Shown: positions 1 to 10,033 of the stretch, piece by piece
Layout: every line of letters begins with the position of its first letter
Numbering within the stretch: position 1 is the stretch's first letter
NCBI GenBank assembly: GCA_963760795.1
Contig: CAVXEP010000024.1
Coordinates: forward strand, 1 to 35,766
Length of the DNA: 35,766 nt
Source of the DNA: an uncultured delta proteobacterium
Lineage (GTDB): Bacteria > Desulfobacterota > Binatia > UBA9968
Direction of reading: 5' to 3'
The notes under the pieces: model-generated
What the model was told of the DNA's origin: nothing
The model's database searches: none
Seen by the model: the letters and a program-made list of their open reading frames with translations, nothing else
Translations under genes and position numbers: made by a program

Positions 1-469
1 CCCCCGGTGTCCATATAAAGTCACTTTGTAACAGCTGGAGACAATGATCTTTCTCTACGCGAACTTGCTTTGGCGTCGGAGAAGGCAAACCGTCGGATGC
101 AATGAATTGAAGGTGGCCGTAGACGAATGCGCATTCCGGATGAGCGTCCAGGCATTCCAGACCGATTTCGAGAGCGCGGGGCAGCAGGCGGTCATCGGCA
201 TCCAAGAACACCAGATAATTGCCCTTGCTCGCGCCGAGGCCGGCGTTACGGGACGCAGATACTCCTTGATTTGTCTGTCGGATGCAACGAACCTCCCGAT
301 AACGAGTAGCAACTTCGAAGGTGGCATCTGTCGATCCATCGTCCACTACAACTATCTCAAAGGCCGAATAACTCTGATTTAAAACGCTGCCAATCGCCTC
401 GCTCAGAAATTTTGCCTGATTATGGCAAGGTATAATGACCGATACGAGAGATGGCTGGGATTCGAGCAT
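1..469 (-). CDS. Glycosyltransferase family 2 (3' end runs off the window)
   Basis: Not in the ORF track. Manual minus-strand translation from ATG at 469 gives MLESQPSLVSVIIPCHNQAKFLSEAIGSVLNQSYSAFEIVVVDDGSTD...RNAGLGASKGNYLVFLDADD, which has the GT-A/GT2 motifs. Confidence 0.92.
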   Translation of the reverse strand, partial: MLESQPSLVSVIIPCHNQAKFLSEAIGSVLNQSYSAFEIVVVDDGSTDATFEVATRYREVRCIRQTNQGVSASRNAGLGASKGNYLVFLDADDRLLPRALEIGLECLDAHPECAFVYGHLQFIASDGLPSPTPKQVRVEKDHCLQLLQSDFIWTPG

Positions 470-517
470 TTGCGCTAGCTATAACCGTGCTCAGCGTCTA
501 GCAATCCTGTGATCTCT

Positions 518-1561
518 CTAGCGGCGATTAACAGGATGGTCGTTTGGGTCTCTACGCCAAAGGGACTGGAGCCAAACCTGTAGATATGCGGGCAGTGTCT
601 GTCGCGCTAGGGATTTTAGTCCTTCTTTCGGCTGCGTTGTCCAACCGCGAACTTGTGCCAGCAGAGAGTAGAGCTTCGGGTGCCTATAGCGCCAGCACTT
701 TTTCCGCAGAGCCTGCCAGACGCCGATATCCGTGATGCCCTTTGCGGACAAGTACCCTTCCAACCAACGAATGAAAAATATCCCAGCATTGTATTTTTGC
801 CCCGTTGCATTTGCTACGGAAACGCATGAATCGGGATGCTGCCGATATCGATCCCAACACTCGCCGGATACGAATACAGGAGTTTGAAGGTATACTTTGG
901 ACAAAAAAGCTTGATCCTCAAACAACTGGTATGGACCTAGGAAACTTTCTTCAAATCCTCCGACATTTTGTACTGTCTCGCGGCTTAGCAGTATGTCGGA
1001 AGGACACGGAGTAGGGGCCTTCGATTCCAAAAGCAAAGTAAGCAACGTGGGTGGCTTCACGAGAGAATTAGGTTGAATGCCAAGCTTCAGCACGTAATCA
1101 CGTTCCGCAATTTCTGCACTGCCCATCCAACTATACCAATACTGACTCCCACCATAAACCATTCCGGCTTCCGGGTGGGCATTGAGAATTGCCACCTGTC
1201 TTTCTAGCTTGTGCGGCAGCCAAACATCGTCCGAATCTAGGAAGGCAATATGCTTGCCTTTGGAATATCGAATGCCTAAATTGCGCGAAGCGCTCATGCC
1301 CCGATTCTCGTGTCTGTCATGCTCAAGATAACCCACCTTGCCTGATTCATTCTCGCTATAGCTTCGTGCAATCTCGGTGCTGCCGTCGGTGGAACCATCG
1401 TCCACCAAGAGCAGTTCCCAGTTCGCAAAAGTCTGGCTCAGCACACTTTCGATCGCCTCCTCAAGGAACCTCTCCGCGTTCAAAAAGATAATAATGACCG
1501 ATACCAACGGCTTGTCGCTTAGGGGTAGATTTGGTGAAGACACAGGCGGTACCGCACACAT
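518..1561 (-). CDS. Glycosyltransferase family 2
   Basis: Motifs VSVIIIFLNAERFLEEAIESVLSQT, LLVDDGSTDGS, SRNLGI and AFLDSDD (DxD). Confidence 0.93.
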   Translation of the reverse strand: MCAVPPVSSPNLPLSDKPLVSVIIIFLNAERFLEEAIESVLSQTFANWELLLVDDGSTDGSTEIARSYSENESGKVGYLEHDRHENRGMSASRNLGIRYSKGKHIAFLDSDDVWLPHKLERQVAILNAHPEAGMVYGGSQYWYSWMGSAEIAERDYVLKLGIQPNSLVKPPTLLTLLLESKAPTPCPSDILLSRETVQNVGGFEESFLGPYQLFEDQAFLSKVYLQTPVFVSGECWDRYRQHPDSCVSVANATGQKYNAGIFFIRWLEGYLSAKGITDIGVWQALRKKCWRYRHPKLYSLLAQVRGWTTQPKEGLKSLARQTLPAYLQVWLQSLWRRDPNDHPVNRR

Positions 1562-1567
1562 AAATCG

Positions 1568-3010
1568 CTATTTCTCACATAGGAGCAGGACGCGCGGCTG
1601 TGGGTGTGAAAGCAAAATAGATATACTGGGAAACCATTTTTGAAGGCTGTGCATAAAGTGGTCGAGCGTATACCACGAGAACCTGTTCGATTCCCATTGC
1701 CCCAGCTCGGGATCTTCGACTGGAACAAACTCCACGACCAACCATCTCTTCGAAAACAGCGCGAGACCTTGTCCAATCTGTTCAAAATTGAGGCAGCGTT
1801 TAAACACGATCTGATGCACCAATCCTAAAGCCAGGACCATGTCGCATTGGTAGCGCTCAGTAGCCGCGATCGCCCAGTGGCTGGATAAACCGCGAGATGG
1901 AGTAGGATCTGTGAAGTCCATCACCAAAGGAATTATCGGCAGCTTTCTGCTCCGAGCCTCATAGTAAAGTTGCGTGACGCGGACTAAATTTGTATCAAAT
2001 GAAACGACCCTACTGCCGAAAGCGGCGGCTTGTTTGCAATACCAGGCCATGTCGCTCCCGATCATCAATACCGAAGCAGGCCGAAGCTCATTGAAGAATT
2101 TGTGCAGACTGCGTTGCGGTTCCGTCCAGTCATCTTGGAGCGAAGGCAGCGGAATCGTATTGCCCTCCTGAATTGCTTCTTCACTGTTAACAGAAGGCAA
2201 GCTGATCTTTTCTACCTCACTATTTAATTGCTCCAGAGACGTCAAATAAGATGCCTGACTGCGGGATTCTTTGAGAACCAAGGCCGGTCGGGTATGAACC
2301 AGCAGCTTTCGCCACGATTGAAACAATCGTTGATTTAAAACCGATGCTGCGTAACCAATCGGTTTGAATATCGAACCAAAACCAAACGTCGAGCCCGTTA
2401 ACTTTGATACATCTGCTTCTGATATACCGTCAAGCTCGGGTAAAAGACGCCGTGCAATGCGATCCTGTCCATGCGCCATCAGCATTAAAGGATAAAGGTA
2501 GAACCGGCAAAACTCATCATGTCCGCACCAGGCAGCGTTGTCGGTGATAGGCACGATGGAAGAAATATCTACATAGACAGGTTTCCATGAATCAAACAAA
2601 ATGTTCCAAGGATGGGCGTCCTTTAGAGTAAATCCGTGTTTTGCAAGTTCCTTAAGCAGCTCGATTTGGGTCAGAGCGGCAACCTTGAGCATTGCAGGAC
2701 ACCACTCTTCGGGATACGAGGCAAAAGGCACATGTCGGTGCCGTACCACCATCTCATAGTCATCGATCTTCAATGACGTGGGCAAAGTTTCGATGAGAAG
2801 CCCTCCGTCAACCAGCCTTTGAATAATACCATCCCGGAAAAGTTGCCTAAAAATCGGCGCCGATTCAGAGCGAATCCCGCGATATAATTCTCCGCGCCAC
2901 CAAAACAGCCGTCCTGCGCGATCGGCGAAGGAGTGAGAATGAAAAGTGACCTCATCATAGGGAATCTGCCCGAGGCGATTATGGTTCCCACGTGCCGGGA
3001 TTGTATTCAT
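1568..3010 (-). CDS. NoeA-like protein (kinase-like N-terminal region plus class I SAM-methyltransferase-like C-terminal region)
   Basis: SFADRAGR, SYPEEWCPAMLKVAAL, LKDAHPWNILFD..PVYVD, LVMDFTDPTPSRG, DMVLALGLVHQI and LVVEFVPVED resemble NoeA-type proteins found in polysaccharide loci. Confidence 0.7.
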   Translation of the reverse strand: MNTIPARGNHNRLGQIPYDEVTFHSHSFADRAGRLFWWRGELYRGIRSESAPIFRQLFRDGIIQRLVDGGLLIETLPTSLKIDDYEMVVRHRHVPFASYPEEWCPAMLKVAALTQIELLKELAKHGFTLKDAHPWNILFDSWKPVYVDISSIVPITDNAAWCGHDEFCRFYLYPLMLMAHGQDRIARRLLPELDGISEADVSKLTGSTFGFGSIFKPIGYAASVLNQRLFQSWRKLLVHTRPALVLKESRSQASYLTSLEQLNSEVEKISLPSVNSEEAIQEGNTIPLPSLQDDWTEPQRSLHKFFNELRPASVLMIGSDMAWYCKQAAAFGSRVVSFDTNLVRVTQLYYEARSRKLPIIPLVMDFTDPTPSRGLSSHWAIAATERYQCDMVLALGLVHQIVFKRCLNFEQIGQGLALFSKRWLVVEFVPVEDPELGQWESNRFSWYTLDHFMHSLQKWFPSISILLSHPQPRVLLLCEK

Positions 3011-3946
3011 ATACCGCTGCGCCCCGTAACAGACGCCGGGGAGTCTTCTCCGGGACGGCTAATTTCATAGAGACGATATGCTCCCAATTCTGCGATGACG
3101 GGATAACGAGTAAAAAACTCTTTGTTGATCGTGAATGAGCGATTATTGAATGGCAACGCAGAATCATCCACCGGTTCGATGACGACGTACTCAACCCGAT
3201 AGTGTCTCATCAACGCATCGGCATCGGGCCCGCCAGCAAACATGCGTTTCACGTCGTCGGCGCTCGAGCTGTAGTCCAAACCATGAGAAAAAAGATGGTC
3301 CGTGTTGCCCACTACCGAGCGCTGCCGGTCAAAAAGACGACGTCATTGTAATAGGGCGCGTGAAGAATGAGCGCGCGCGCGTGAGTATGTTTCACGATGC
3401 TGTCCGCGAACGCCATGGCATCTCGATTATAAAGTCTTTGTTTCGCCGCGTCGGAAATGCCGCGCCAAACATCTAGACTTCCCGCGGCAATGAGTGAGAC
3501 GAAGAGCCCCATGGCTGCTAGGCGAGTCAAACCATTTCCTCTCCACAGTCTTGCTAACGAGAGAGCAATCCATGGCACTGAAGCAAGATACCAAAACAAC
3601 ATCACTTTCAGTCCATCCCATCTCCAGGGGGAGACCTAACCAGATTTGGAACGATAAAACACAATGCAAAAGGGACATAGAACAAGAGCGACCGCGCTCT
3701 GTACCTTTGTAGCCTGAATATGACGACTGGGACAAGGAGCGTGACTGTGGTGAGATATAGACAGAGCGGGCCGAGACCAAGAACCAAGGCAAAAATGAAC
3801 CCGATCAACCCGAGTTCCGCAAAACCTATGCAAGCGCCCGCACAAACTCGCACGGGCCATGGCGTGTCTTCATCATAGAAATAGGTAATCTGTGTACCGG
3901 CCAAGATCGCGGCAAGGGCGATCATGAGCGCATTATATGAATCCAT
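3007..3946 (-). pseudogene. Polytopic membrane protein (GT-C/DUF2298-like), two frameshifts, possibly internally deleted
   Basis: Three consecutive ORF pieces join by single-base shifts near 3630 (..PNLVR/PWRWDGLKVMLFWYL..) and near 3325 (..VFLTG/RSVVGNTDHLFSHGLDY..YRVEYVVI). ATG at 3946; the stop overlaps the next ATG (ATGA). Confidence 0.6.
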
Positions 3947-3947
3947 C

Positions 3948-5309
3948 TCAATGCAGCGTGAGGAAATCGCGCAGTTGCTGCCCGACCGTGTTATGAGAGA
4001 AGCTGGTCTCCGCTCGGTGCCTGGCACGGCGACCGAGCTCGCGACTCCAGGCCCCGTCCTCTAGAACGCGACCGAGAGCATGAGCCAGAGCCACGGAGTC
4101 TTCCTGCGGGACAACCAATCCGCCCGAAAGCTCACCTCCCATTAGGATATCGGGAATTCCTTGGGCCTCAGTAGCGACAACCGGGAGGCCACATGCCATG
4201 GCCTCGATCACCGCTACCGGAAAGCCCTCGTGGCGGGACGGGAAAATATAGACGTCGCCCGCCGAAAGGTAGCGCCGAATTACATTGCGATCATTTATGA
4301 ATTCATCCAACCAAACAACGCCGCTTACCTGCAATTCGGTGATGCGCCGGTGAAGTCTGTCCGAATCGTTACCAGTTCCTACGATCAGCAACCGCAGGTC
4401 TCGGTCTATCCCTTGACGGCAAATCTGATCCCATGCTTCCAATAAGATGTCCAGCCCCTTCTGCCAGATGGAGACGCGTCCATGCCACACAGCCACTCGA
4501 GCGTCAATGGGAATTCCGAGTGCAGCCCGCGCTTCACCGCGGTCCATGGGTCGCCATATCTGTAAGTCTATCGGGTTGAAAATTTGCTTTAGCTTAGCTG
4601 CAGATAGACCGTACTCGGCCTGCACCCTTCGAGCCTCCCCTTGTGTCGCAATGATGAGCCCGGCGCAACCGCGCAACGCATGCGGGCGTAAATAATGCTC
4701 GATCCTGCCTCTCTGATAGTCGCCTCCTTGAAAGGTTGCGAACACCGGCAATTTCATCCAGCGCCCCAGGAGAACACTGAGGTCGAAGCGGGGATATTCG
4801 TATTCTTGACACAGAATAGCGATGCAGCGTTCATGTCGTATTTCGTGGGCAACCAGTCGTAGCGGCGTGGTTAAGTACGGCGCCACCTCTTTCAGTGCCG
4901 CCAAAGCCGGAAGCAAAAAGATTTTTCTAGGCTGAATTTCGCCGAAAACCTGCTTAACACTGCGGCCGTATGGATTAGCCATTTTCGCTCGAATGCGGCG
5001 ATAAGTCTTTGAAACTGGCAACAGACAAATCGTTGCCCCGGTGGGGACGTGGATAACGCGCGAGGGAACAGTTACCCCGGCCGAAACACATATCAACACC
5101 GTTCGCAATCCGACCTGCCGCAGAGCCTCAGAGTAGCCGAACATCCAGCTACCAGTGAACTCGTTGCAGAAAGTTTCCAAAGAAATTCCGATCATATCCA
5201 AAAAATCTTCCAACACGTTGCCCCACGGTAGGAGGGCAATGGCCGGAGCTTGCGGTATGGTCCGGCAAGACTCGCGTGCGCCCGAAAAATCCTGCTGCAA
5301 GGTGGGCAT
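3948..5309 (-). CDS. Glycosyltransferase family 4 (GT-B)
   Basis: Motifs HGRVSIWQKGLDILL and DVYIFPSRHEGFPVAVIEAMACGLPVV (EX7E). Start placed at ATG 5309 after a GGGGGA RBS. Confidence 0.93.
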   Translation of the reverse strand: MPTLQQDFSGARESCRTIPQAPAIALLPWGNVLEDFLDMIGISLETFCNEFTGSWMFGYSEALRQVGLRTVLICVSAGVTVPSRVIHVPTGATICLLPVSKTYRRIRAKMANPYGRSVKQVFGEIQPRKIFLLPALAALKEVAPYLTTPLRLVAHEIRHERCIAILCQEYEYPRFDLSVLLGRWMKLPVFATFQGGDYQRGRIEHYLRPHALRGCAGLIIATQGEARRVQAEYGLSAAKLKQIFNPIDLQIWRPMDRGEARAALGIPIDARVAVWHGRVSIWQKGLDILLEAWDQICRQGIDRDLRLLIVGTGNDSDRLHRRITELQVSGVVWLDEFINDRNVIRRYLSAGDVYIFPSRHEGFPVAVIEAMACGLPVVATEAQGIPDILMGGELSGGLVVPQEDSVALAHALGRVLEDGAWSRELGRRARHRAETSFSHNTVGQQLRDFLTLH

Positions 5310-5323
5310 TAAAGTCCCCCGAT

Positions 5324-6598
5324 CTAATCGGCTTCCACGACCTCGAACTGACAATGGACAAACCCGTCCGCGTCGGGGGCGCTCCCAAACCCACCGAATG
5401 AATGTTGAACCACGTCGATTTCAAAGGCAGATTGAATATGATCGTACTCACCGCCGGTTACCGTCGATCCCATCGGATTAGATAGCCACAATCCCGTGAC
5501 ATAGCGGCCAGGATTGAGATGGAGGTTATTAATCCTTAATTTGATTAAGTTGCGGCCTTTTTTTAGCCTTACCGTCTGACCAAGGCGAACGGTATCTGCA
5601 TTGACCAGCTTAGTGCCGGAAAGGGAATATAGCGTTACAGCTAGGCTACCCACCGTACGGTCTTCATCGGATTCAATAGCCAGACAGAATTCCAGCGGGC
5701 CGTCCGCATAGGGACTGTAGGCCACTGCGTCATTAAAACTTGTGTATTGAGCCGCCACAAACTGCACCTGTCCGCTGCCGGTACGGCTCATCTGAGTCAG
5801 CTCGATCCATTCATTGGGCGCTACTTTGTAGCCGTGATGAGATAAGTAACGTGCAACAATACTAGCCGTGTCGCCATTGGCAACCAACCTGCCGTCTTCG
5901 ATCAGCAAACATTTAGAACACAGCCGTTGGATTGCGTCTAAATTGTGGCTCACGAACAAAATGGCTCGGCCCTGCCCTTTAGCCAGATCGTGGATCTTGG
6001 CAACGCATTTCTTTTGGAACTCCACGTCTCCCACCGCCAGCACCTCGTCAACAATCAAAACCTCCGGGTCCAGATGCGCGGCGACAGCAAATGCGAGACG
6101 CACATACATACCACTGGAGTAGCGCTTCACGGGTGTATCGATGAACTTCGCCGTCTCCGCGAAATCCACGATGTCGTTAAACTTGCTGGCGACCTCGGCT
6201 TTTTTCATTCCTAAAATGGCGCCATTGAGATATATATTTTCTCGTCCGGTTAGCTCGGGATGAAAGCCGATGCCCACCTCCAGAAGAGACGCCATCCGGC
6301 CGTAAATTTCTGCATAGCCGATTGTCGGCTCGGTGATGCGAGAAAGGATCTTAAGCAGGGTACTTTTCCCAGCGCCGTTACGACCAATGATGCCGACCAC
6401 TTCACTTTCTTTGACTTCGAAAGAGACATCTTTGAGGGCCCAAATGGTTTCCGTGCCCCGACAAGGGTGACCGCTACGTTGAAAAACCGTCTTTAAGCCA
6501 TCCACCATCTGATCTCGCAAAGTATCATAGCGCAATTTAGCCGCGCCAATCTCATATCGCTTGGAGAGGTTCTTTACTCGGATTGCAATATCGCCCAT
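5324..6598 (-). CDS. wzt: Polysaccharide ABC exporter ATP-binding subunit with C-terminal Wzt_C domain
   Basis: Walker A GRNGAGKST, signature YSSGMYVRLAFA, Walker B LIVDEVLAVGD, VSH switch, and a C-terminal beta-rich extension of about 170 aa. Confidence 0.92.
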   Translation of the reverse strand: MGDIAIRVKNLSKRYEIGAAKLRYDTLRDQMVDGLKTVFQRSGHPCRGTETIWALKDVSFEVKESEVVGIIGRNGAGKSTLLKILSRITEPTIGYAEIYGRMASLLEVGIGFHPELTGRENIYLNGAILGMKKAEVASKFNDIVDFAETAKFIDTPVKRYSSGMYVRLAFAVAAHLDPEVLIVDEVLAVGDVEFQKKCVAKIHDLAKGQGRAILFVSHNLDAIQRLCSKCLLIEDGRLVANGDTASIVARYLSHHGYKVAPNEWIELTQMSRTGSGQVQFVAAQYTSFNDAVAYSPYADGPLEFCLAIESDEDRTVGSLAVTLYSLSGTKLVNADTVRLGQTVRLKKGRNLIKLRINNLHLNPGRYVTGLWLSNPMGSTVTGGEYDHIQSAFEIDVVQHSFGGFGSAPDADGFVHCQFEVVEAD

Positions 6599-6622
6599 AG
6601 GATCTCGCTATACGGGACAGCT

Positions 6623-6652
6623 TGTAGGGGCACGGAATGCCGTGCCCCTACA
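6623..6652. repeat. GTAG-type REP-like palindrome
   Basis: TGTAGGGGCACGG-AATG-CCGTGCCCCTACA: perfect 13-bp inverted arms around a 4-nt loop. Confidence 0.75.
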
Positions 6653-6820
6653 CATCATTGTACTCGCCGATTCGCCACTGATTGTTGAACATTCACAAGC
6701 ACTTGTGGTTAGATGACGAATATCTCTGCGCCACGCAGCTACCCTCAGATTGCACGTGAGGGGGGTGGGCCAGCCCGCTTAGCCATCATCCACGCTTATA
6801 CCATGAGCAAACTTGACTAA

Positions 6821-6847
6821 CCAATAGCCATGCCAATCAAGTACTTT
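6821..6847 (-). promoter_or_regulatory. Possible sigma-54 promoter with adjacent IHF-like site upstream of wzt
   Basis: The minus strand reads TTGGCATGGCTATTGG (-24 box good, -12 is GG rather than GC). The neighbouring AATCAAGTACTTT resembles the IHF consensus WATCAANNNNTTR. Confidence 0.4.
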
Positions 6848-7715
6848 CGAGGAGTTTCAGGATCCGGCGTGTCGTGACGTATGGTAGAAATTCTTGACGG
6901 GTAGGGCTTGCACGGAAATCGTATTAGAGGTTACGAAGTCGACGGAGCCGCTGGGAAGCACACAGCGGACAATAGAAAGTAGGGGGGAATGCCAAGCCGC
7001 GATCATGGGTACCATTCACATGATAACGGCATGGCCGTCGTCACTATAGCGATGAAGTAAAAATGTGCAACATGCCCTCATACGATTCCATTGATTCGCG
7101 TTTTAGAAACGCGAAGCCCTCGTGCCATTTTAGGACTGAACTGTACGCTACAGTCCAATCTCGCGGGATTAAGTCACCCGAAAATGGATTCAATCCTTTT
7201 GGTGCTTTACTGTGCCCGTCGCGTGCCCAAACCATCAAAGCACAGCGAGCACAACCAGGCACCAGGGAAATCGAAACTTGAATATTTTTGCCGGGGGATG
7301 TTGCGTGATCGAGACTCTGCGGAAAAACGAAATAGAGAACTCAAATCTGATAGGGTCCCTACTGCGGTAAACGTAGTTAAGAACGACCCGCGCTTGGCGC
7401 ATCGCTAGTAGAGCGCGTGGGAACGGAGCGGGGCACCTATGCGTCTGGGGCAAACGAAACCGTTTCAGTTTTTGCGGGAATTGATGGGCGTTAGTCGGGA
7501 CTATTAGCCAAGAGCATCGGCACGCCATAAACGATGTAAGCGTGGTAACTGCTGTAAGTTACAGGCGCTTTTACATACTGCCCCGTTTCTTATCGGTCCG
7601 GTTCAAATCCGCTCGCCCCGACTATTTTTCTGCTTCGGTCTTGCACATGTTTTCACCCACCGTTAGCTATTTTTGTACGTGCAAGTTCAGTGAACGGTCG
7701 TGGTTTTTGCGATTC

Positions 7716-8451
7716 CTACCAACCGAATAGGTAACTAAGCCGAACGGTAACTTGATGCATCCCTTGGAGATCAACTTTGTTGATGACGGGGCCGAGACCA
7801 CTACCTAAACCGCCCACAGAGTGCTTTGCCGAACCAAGGCCTAAGTAATTGTATTCGGTTCCTAGAATGATGTTGGGTGTGACTCGGAAGTCGATTCCTG
7901 GCCCCATGACGAATCCATGGTGGCGTTCGGAGCTCCTTCCATCACCTTGTTCTACACCGACGGTATCAACCAAACGTGTCTTGACGCTACCGGAGGCGTA
8001 GCCAACTTTGAGATATGTCAGCCATTTATCGGTCGCATAACCGGCTCGCAGAGCGGTTGAGAATAGGTGATTGATCCTTGTGGTATACTCATCGTCGCCC
8101 GACCCGGTATTGCTTCTCGACCCATCGTGAAAATGGCCAGCGGAATATGCGGGTTCGATCCCGAAAACCAGCGATCCAAGTTGATAATTGACACCTAGGT
8201 GGCCACCGCCGAACACGCCACTAATCGGGTGCGAGGTAATGCGGGCTCCCTGACTATAGTCGACAACTGGCGATGGTGCGCTGATGCTTGTCCAAACGGC
8301 CCGATCCCAACCGTAACCCAAATGGCCACCGACGTAGATACCGGTCCAAGATGGTTGATTTGTTAGCTTGTCATGTCAGCGGCTCAGCAGCAAGTGCTGG
8401 GCCCGTCAGTAAGACAACAACGGTAGTGATTACAACGATGATTCGTGCCAT
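7716..8451 (-). CDS. Outer-membrane beta-barrel protein, Omp25/Omp31-like (frameshift near 8375)
   Basis: Signal peptide MARIIVVITTVVVLLTGPALAAE from ATG 8451 (GGGAGA RBS), then a frame change to NQPSWTGIYVGGHLGYGW...GGGHLGVNYQ...LRAGYA...EYNYLGLG...VTVRLSYLFGW (aromatic C-terminal beta signal). Confidence 0.78.
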
Positions 8452-8712
8452 TAGATTCTCCCAATATTTATATAACTCAATTTTAAAAAAATTGACAGAT
8501 TTAAATTCTTACGTTGAGAGACGAACTCCGCAAAAAACCGAATTTTTATCAGTAATGCCCCAACAATTTATGGGTGTATCTTGTCCTGGGCGACCCACCT
8601 TGGATTCGGCTTTAATTGAACCGTAAAGAAGTCCAAACCGCCAATGGACGCAGAAATTGGTGTTTATGCCTAGGGAGAGGTTATCGCTAACTGACGGAAA
8701 GGTAATGCGGTA

Positions 8713-9978
8713 TTAGACCGACAACTGCCGAATCGCATTGATCCGCTCAACCGCTGTTGGGTGGGAGTAGTGGTATGCGGAATACCAAGGATGCGGCGTC
8801 AGGTTCGACAGATTCTTCACCGTCAAATTGATCAGCGCTTCTGCCATCGCCGTACCATCGCGCAGGGTGTTTACGGCGAAGCGGTCGGCTTCATATTCAT
8901 GCTTGCGCGACAGACGGTTCATGAATGGTGCCAAGTAAAAGGTAAAGGGACCGGCGACCAGCGAAAACAACACCAGCGCGCCGCGGTTGGACGGTGCCAG
9001 ACCGAAGGCGGCAAAAAATGGTGGGTAAGCGATCAACAAACTGAGGATGTAGAGAGCGCCGATAAGAAAAACCGTCTGCACCAGTAGCATGCGGTGAATA
9101 TGTTTCATTTTGTAGTGGCCCATCTCGTGGGCCAACACGGCCAGTCCTTGAGCGGTCGACATCTGGTCGATGAGCGTGTCGAACAGCACGATGCGCTTCG
9201 CTTTACCGATGCCGGTAAAATAAGCGTTGGAGTGGGCCGAGCGCCTGGAGCCGTCCATCGAGTAAATGCCGCTGGTCTTGAAGCCGATCTGCTCCGCCAA
9301 AGCTAAAATGCGCTGGCGCAGCTCGCCTTCTTTGAGCGGCTCGAACTTGTTGAACCAAGGCGCAATGAAGGTTGGGAAAATCACGATCATCAACAGTTGA
9401 AATGCCGAGATAAAGGCAAAAACCCAAAGCCACCAAGCCCGCCCCATGATATCCATCAACCACAACACCACCAGCAAAAAGGGCACGCCGATTAGCAATC
9501 CTAAGACGAGTCCTTTGAGTTTGTCGCTCAGGTAAAGCCCGACGGTGGTTTTGTTGAAGCCAAACTTAGCCTCGATGCCAAAGGTCGAATAGAGCTCGGT
9601 CGGCAGCGCCGTTAGGGTGAGGAGCGCGCCGACAGCGCAGCAGAAAATAATTCCTTGGCCATAGCCGCCCAACGAGAAACTACTCGCCCAGTAAGCCGAC
9701 CACCGGTCGACCACGCCAAGTATGCCGCTCAGCAGCACCATTAACAAAACGGCACTGCCGTAGATTTCAGACCAGCGCTGAAACCGGCCGTTGGACAGTG
9801 TGTACTCGACAGATTTTGCGTAATCTTGCGGGGCGATTTTGCCGTGGAAAGCTTCAGGAATCGCTTTTTTGGCGGAGCTGGCTTCAACATGGCGGAGGTT
9901 AAGCTCGTTGAGCCCAAACTCAATGGCGAATTGAATAGCAAAGAGCGCCAGAAAGAACGTGAGAATGGAATGGTCCAT
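8713..9978 (-). CDS. Ste24-like M48 zinc metallopeptidase
   Basis: Motifs MDGSRRSAHSNAYFTG, KRIVLFDTL, LAHEMGH (HEXXH), EYEADRFA and HYSHP, with several TM helices. Confidence 0.93.
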   Translation of the reverse strand: MDHSILTFFLALFAIQFAIEFGLNELNLRHVEASSAKKAIPEAFHGKIAPQDYAKSVEYTLSNGRFQRWSEIYGSAVLLMVLLSGILGVVDRWSAYWASSFSLGGYGQGIIFCCAVGALLTLTALPTELYSTFGIEAKFGFNKTTVGLYLSDKLKGLVLGLLIGVPFLLVVLWLMDIMGRAWWLWVFAFISAFQLLMIVIFPTFIAPWFNKFEPLKEGELRQRILALAEQIGFKTSGIYSMDGSRRSAHSNAYFTGIGKAKRIVLFDTLIDQMSTAQGLAVLAHEMGHYKMKHIHRMLLVQTVFLIGALYILSLLIAYPPFFAAFGLAPSNRGALVLFSLVAGPFTFYLAPFMNRLSRKHEYEADRFAVNTLRDGTAMAEALINLTVKNLSNLTPHPWYSAYHYSHPTAVERINAIRQLSV

Positions 9979-10033
9979 GAACAAGCCGGCGCACGAGTAA
10001 GCGAAATCGCGCGATCAGAAATCGCCGACCGGT

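Noticed and set aside
44-382. Plus-strand 112-aa ORF and the many other ORFs antisense to or overlapping real genes (e.g. 10100..10591, 12158..12724, 29079..29852, 35265..35657)
   Set aside because: These are shadow frames of GC-rich genes with clear family motifs on the other strand or frame.
8371-8373. TGA after the porin signal peptide as selenocysteine
   Set aside because: The barrel continues in a different frame, so this is an indel rather than readthrough.
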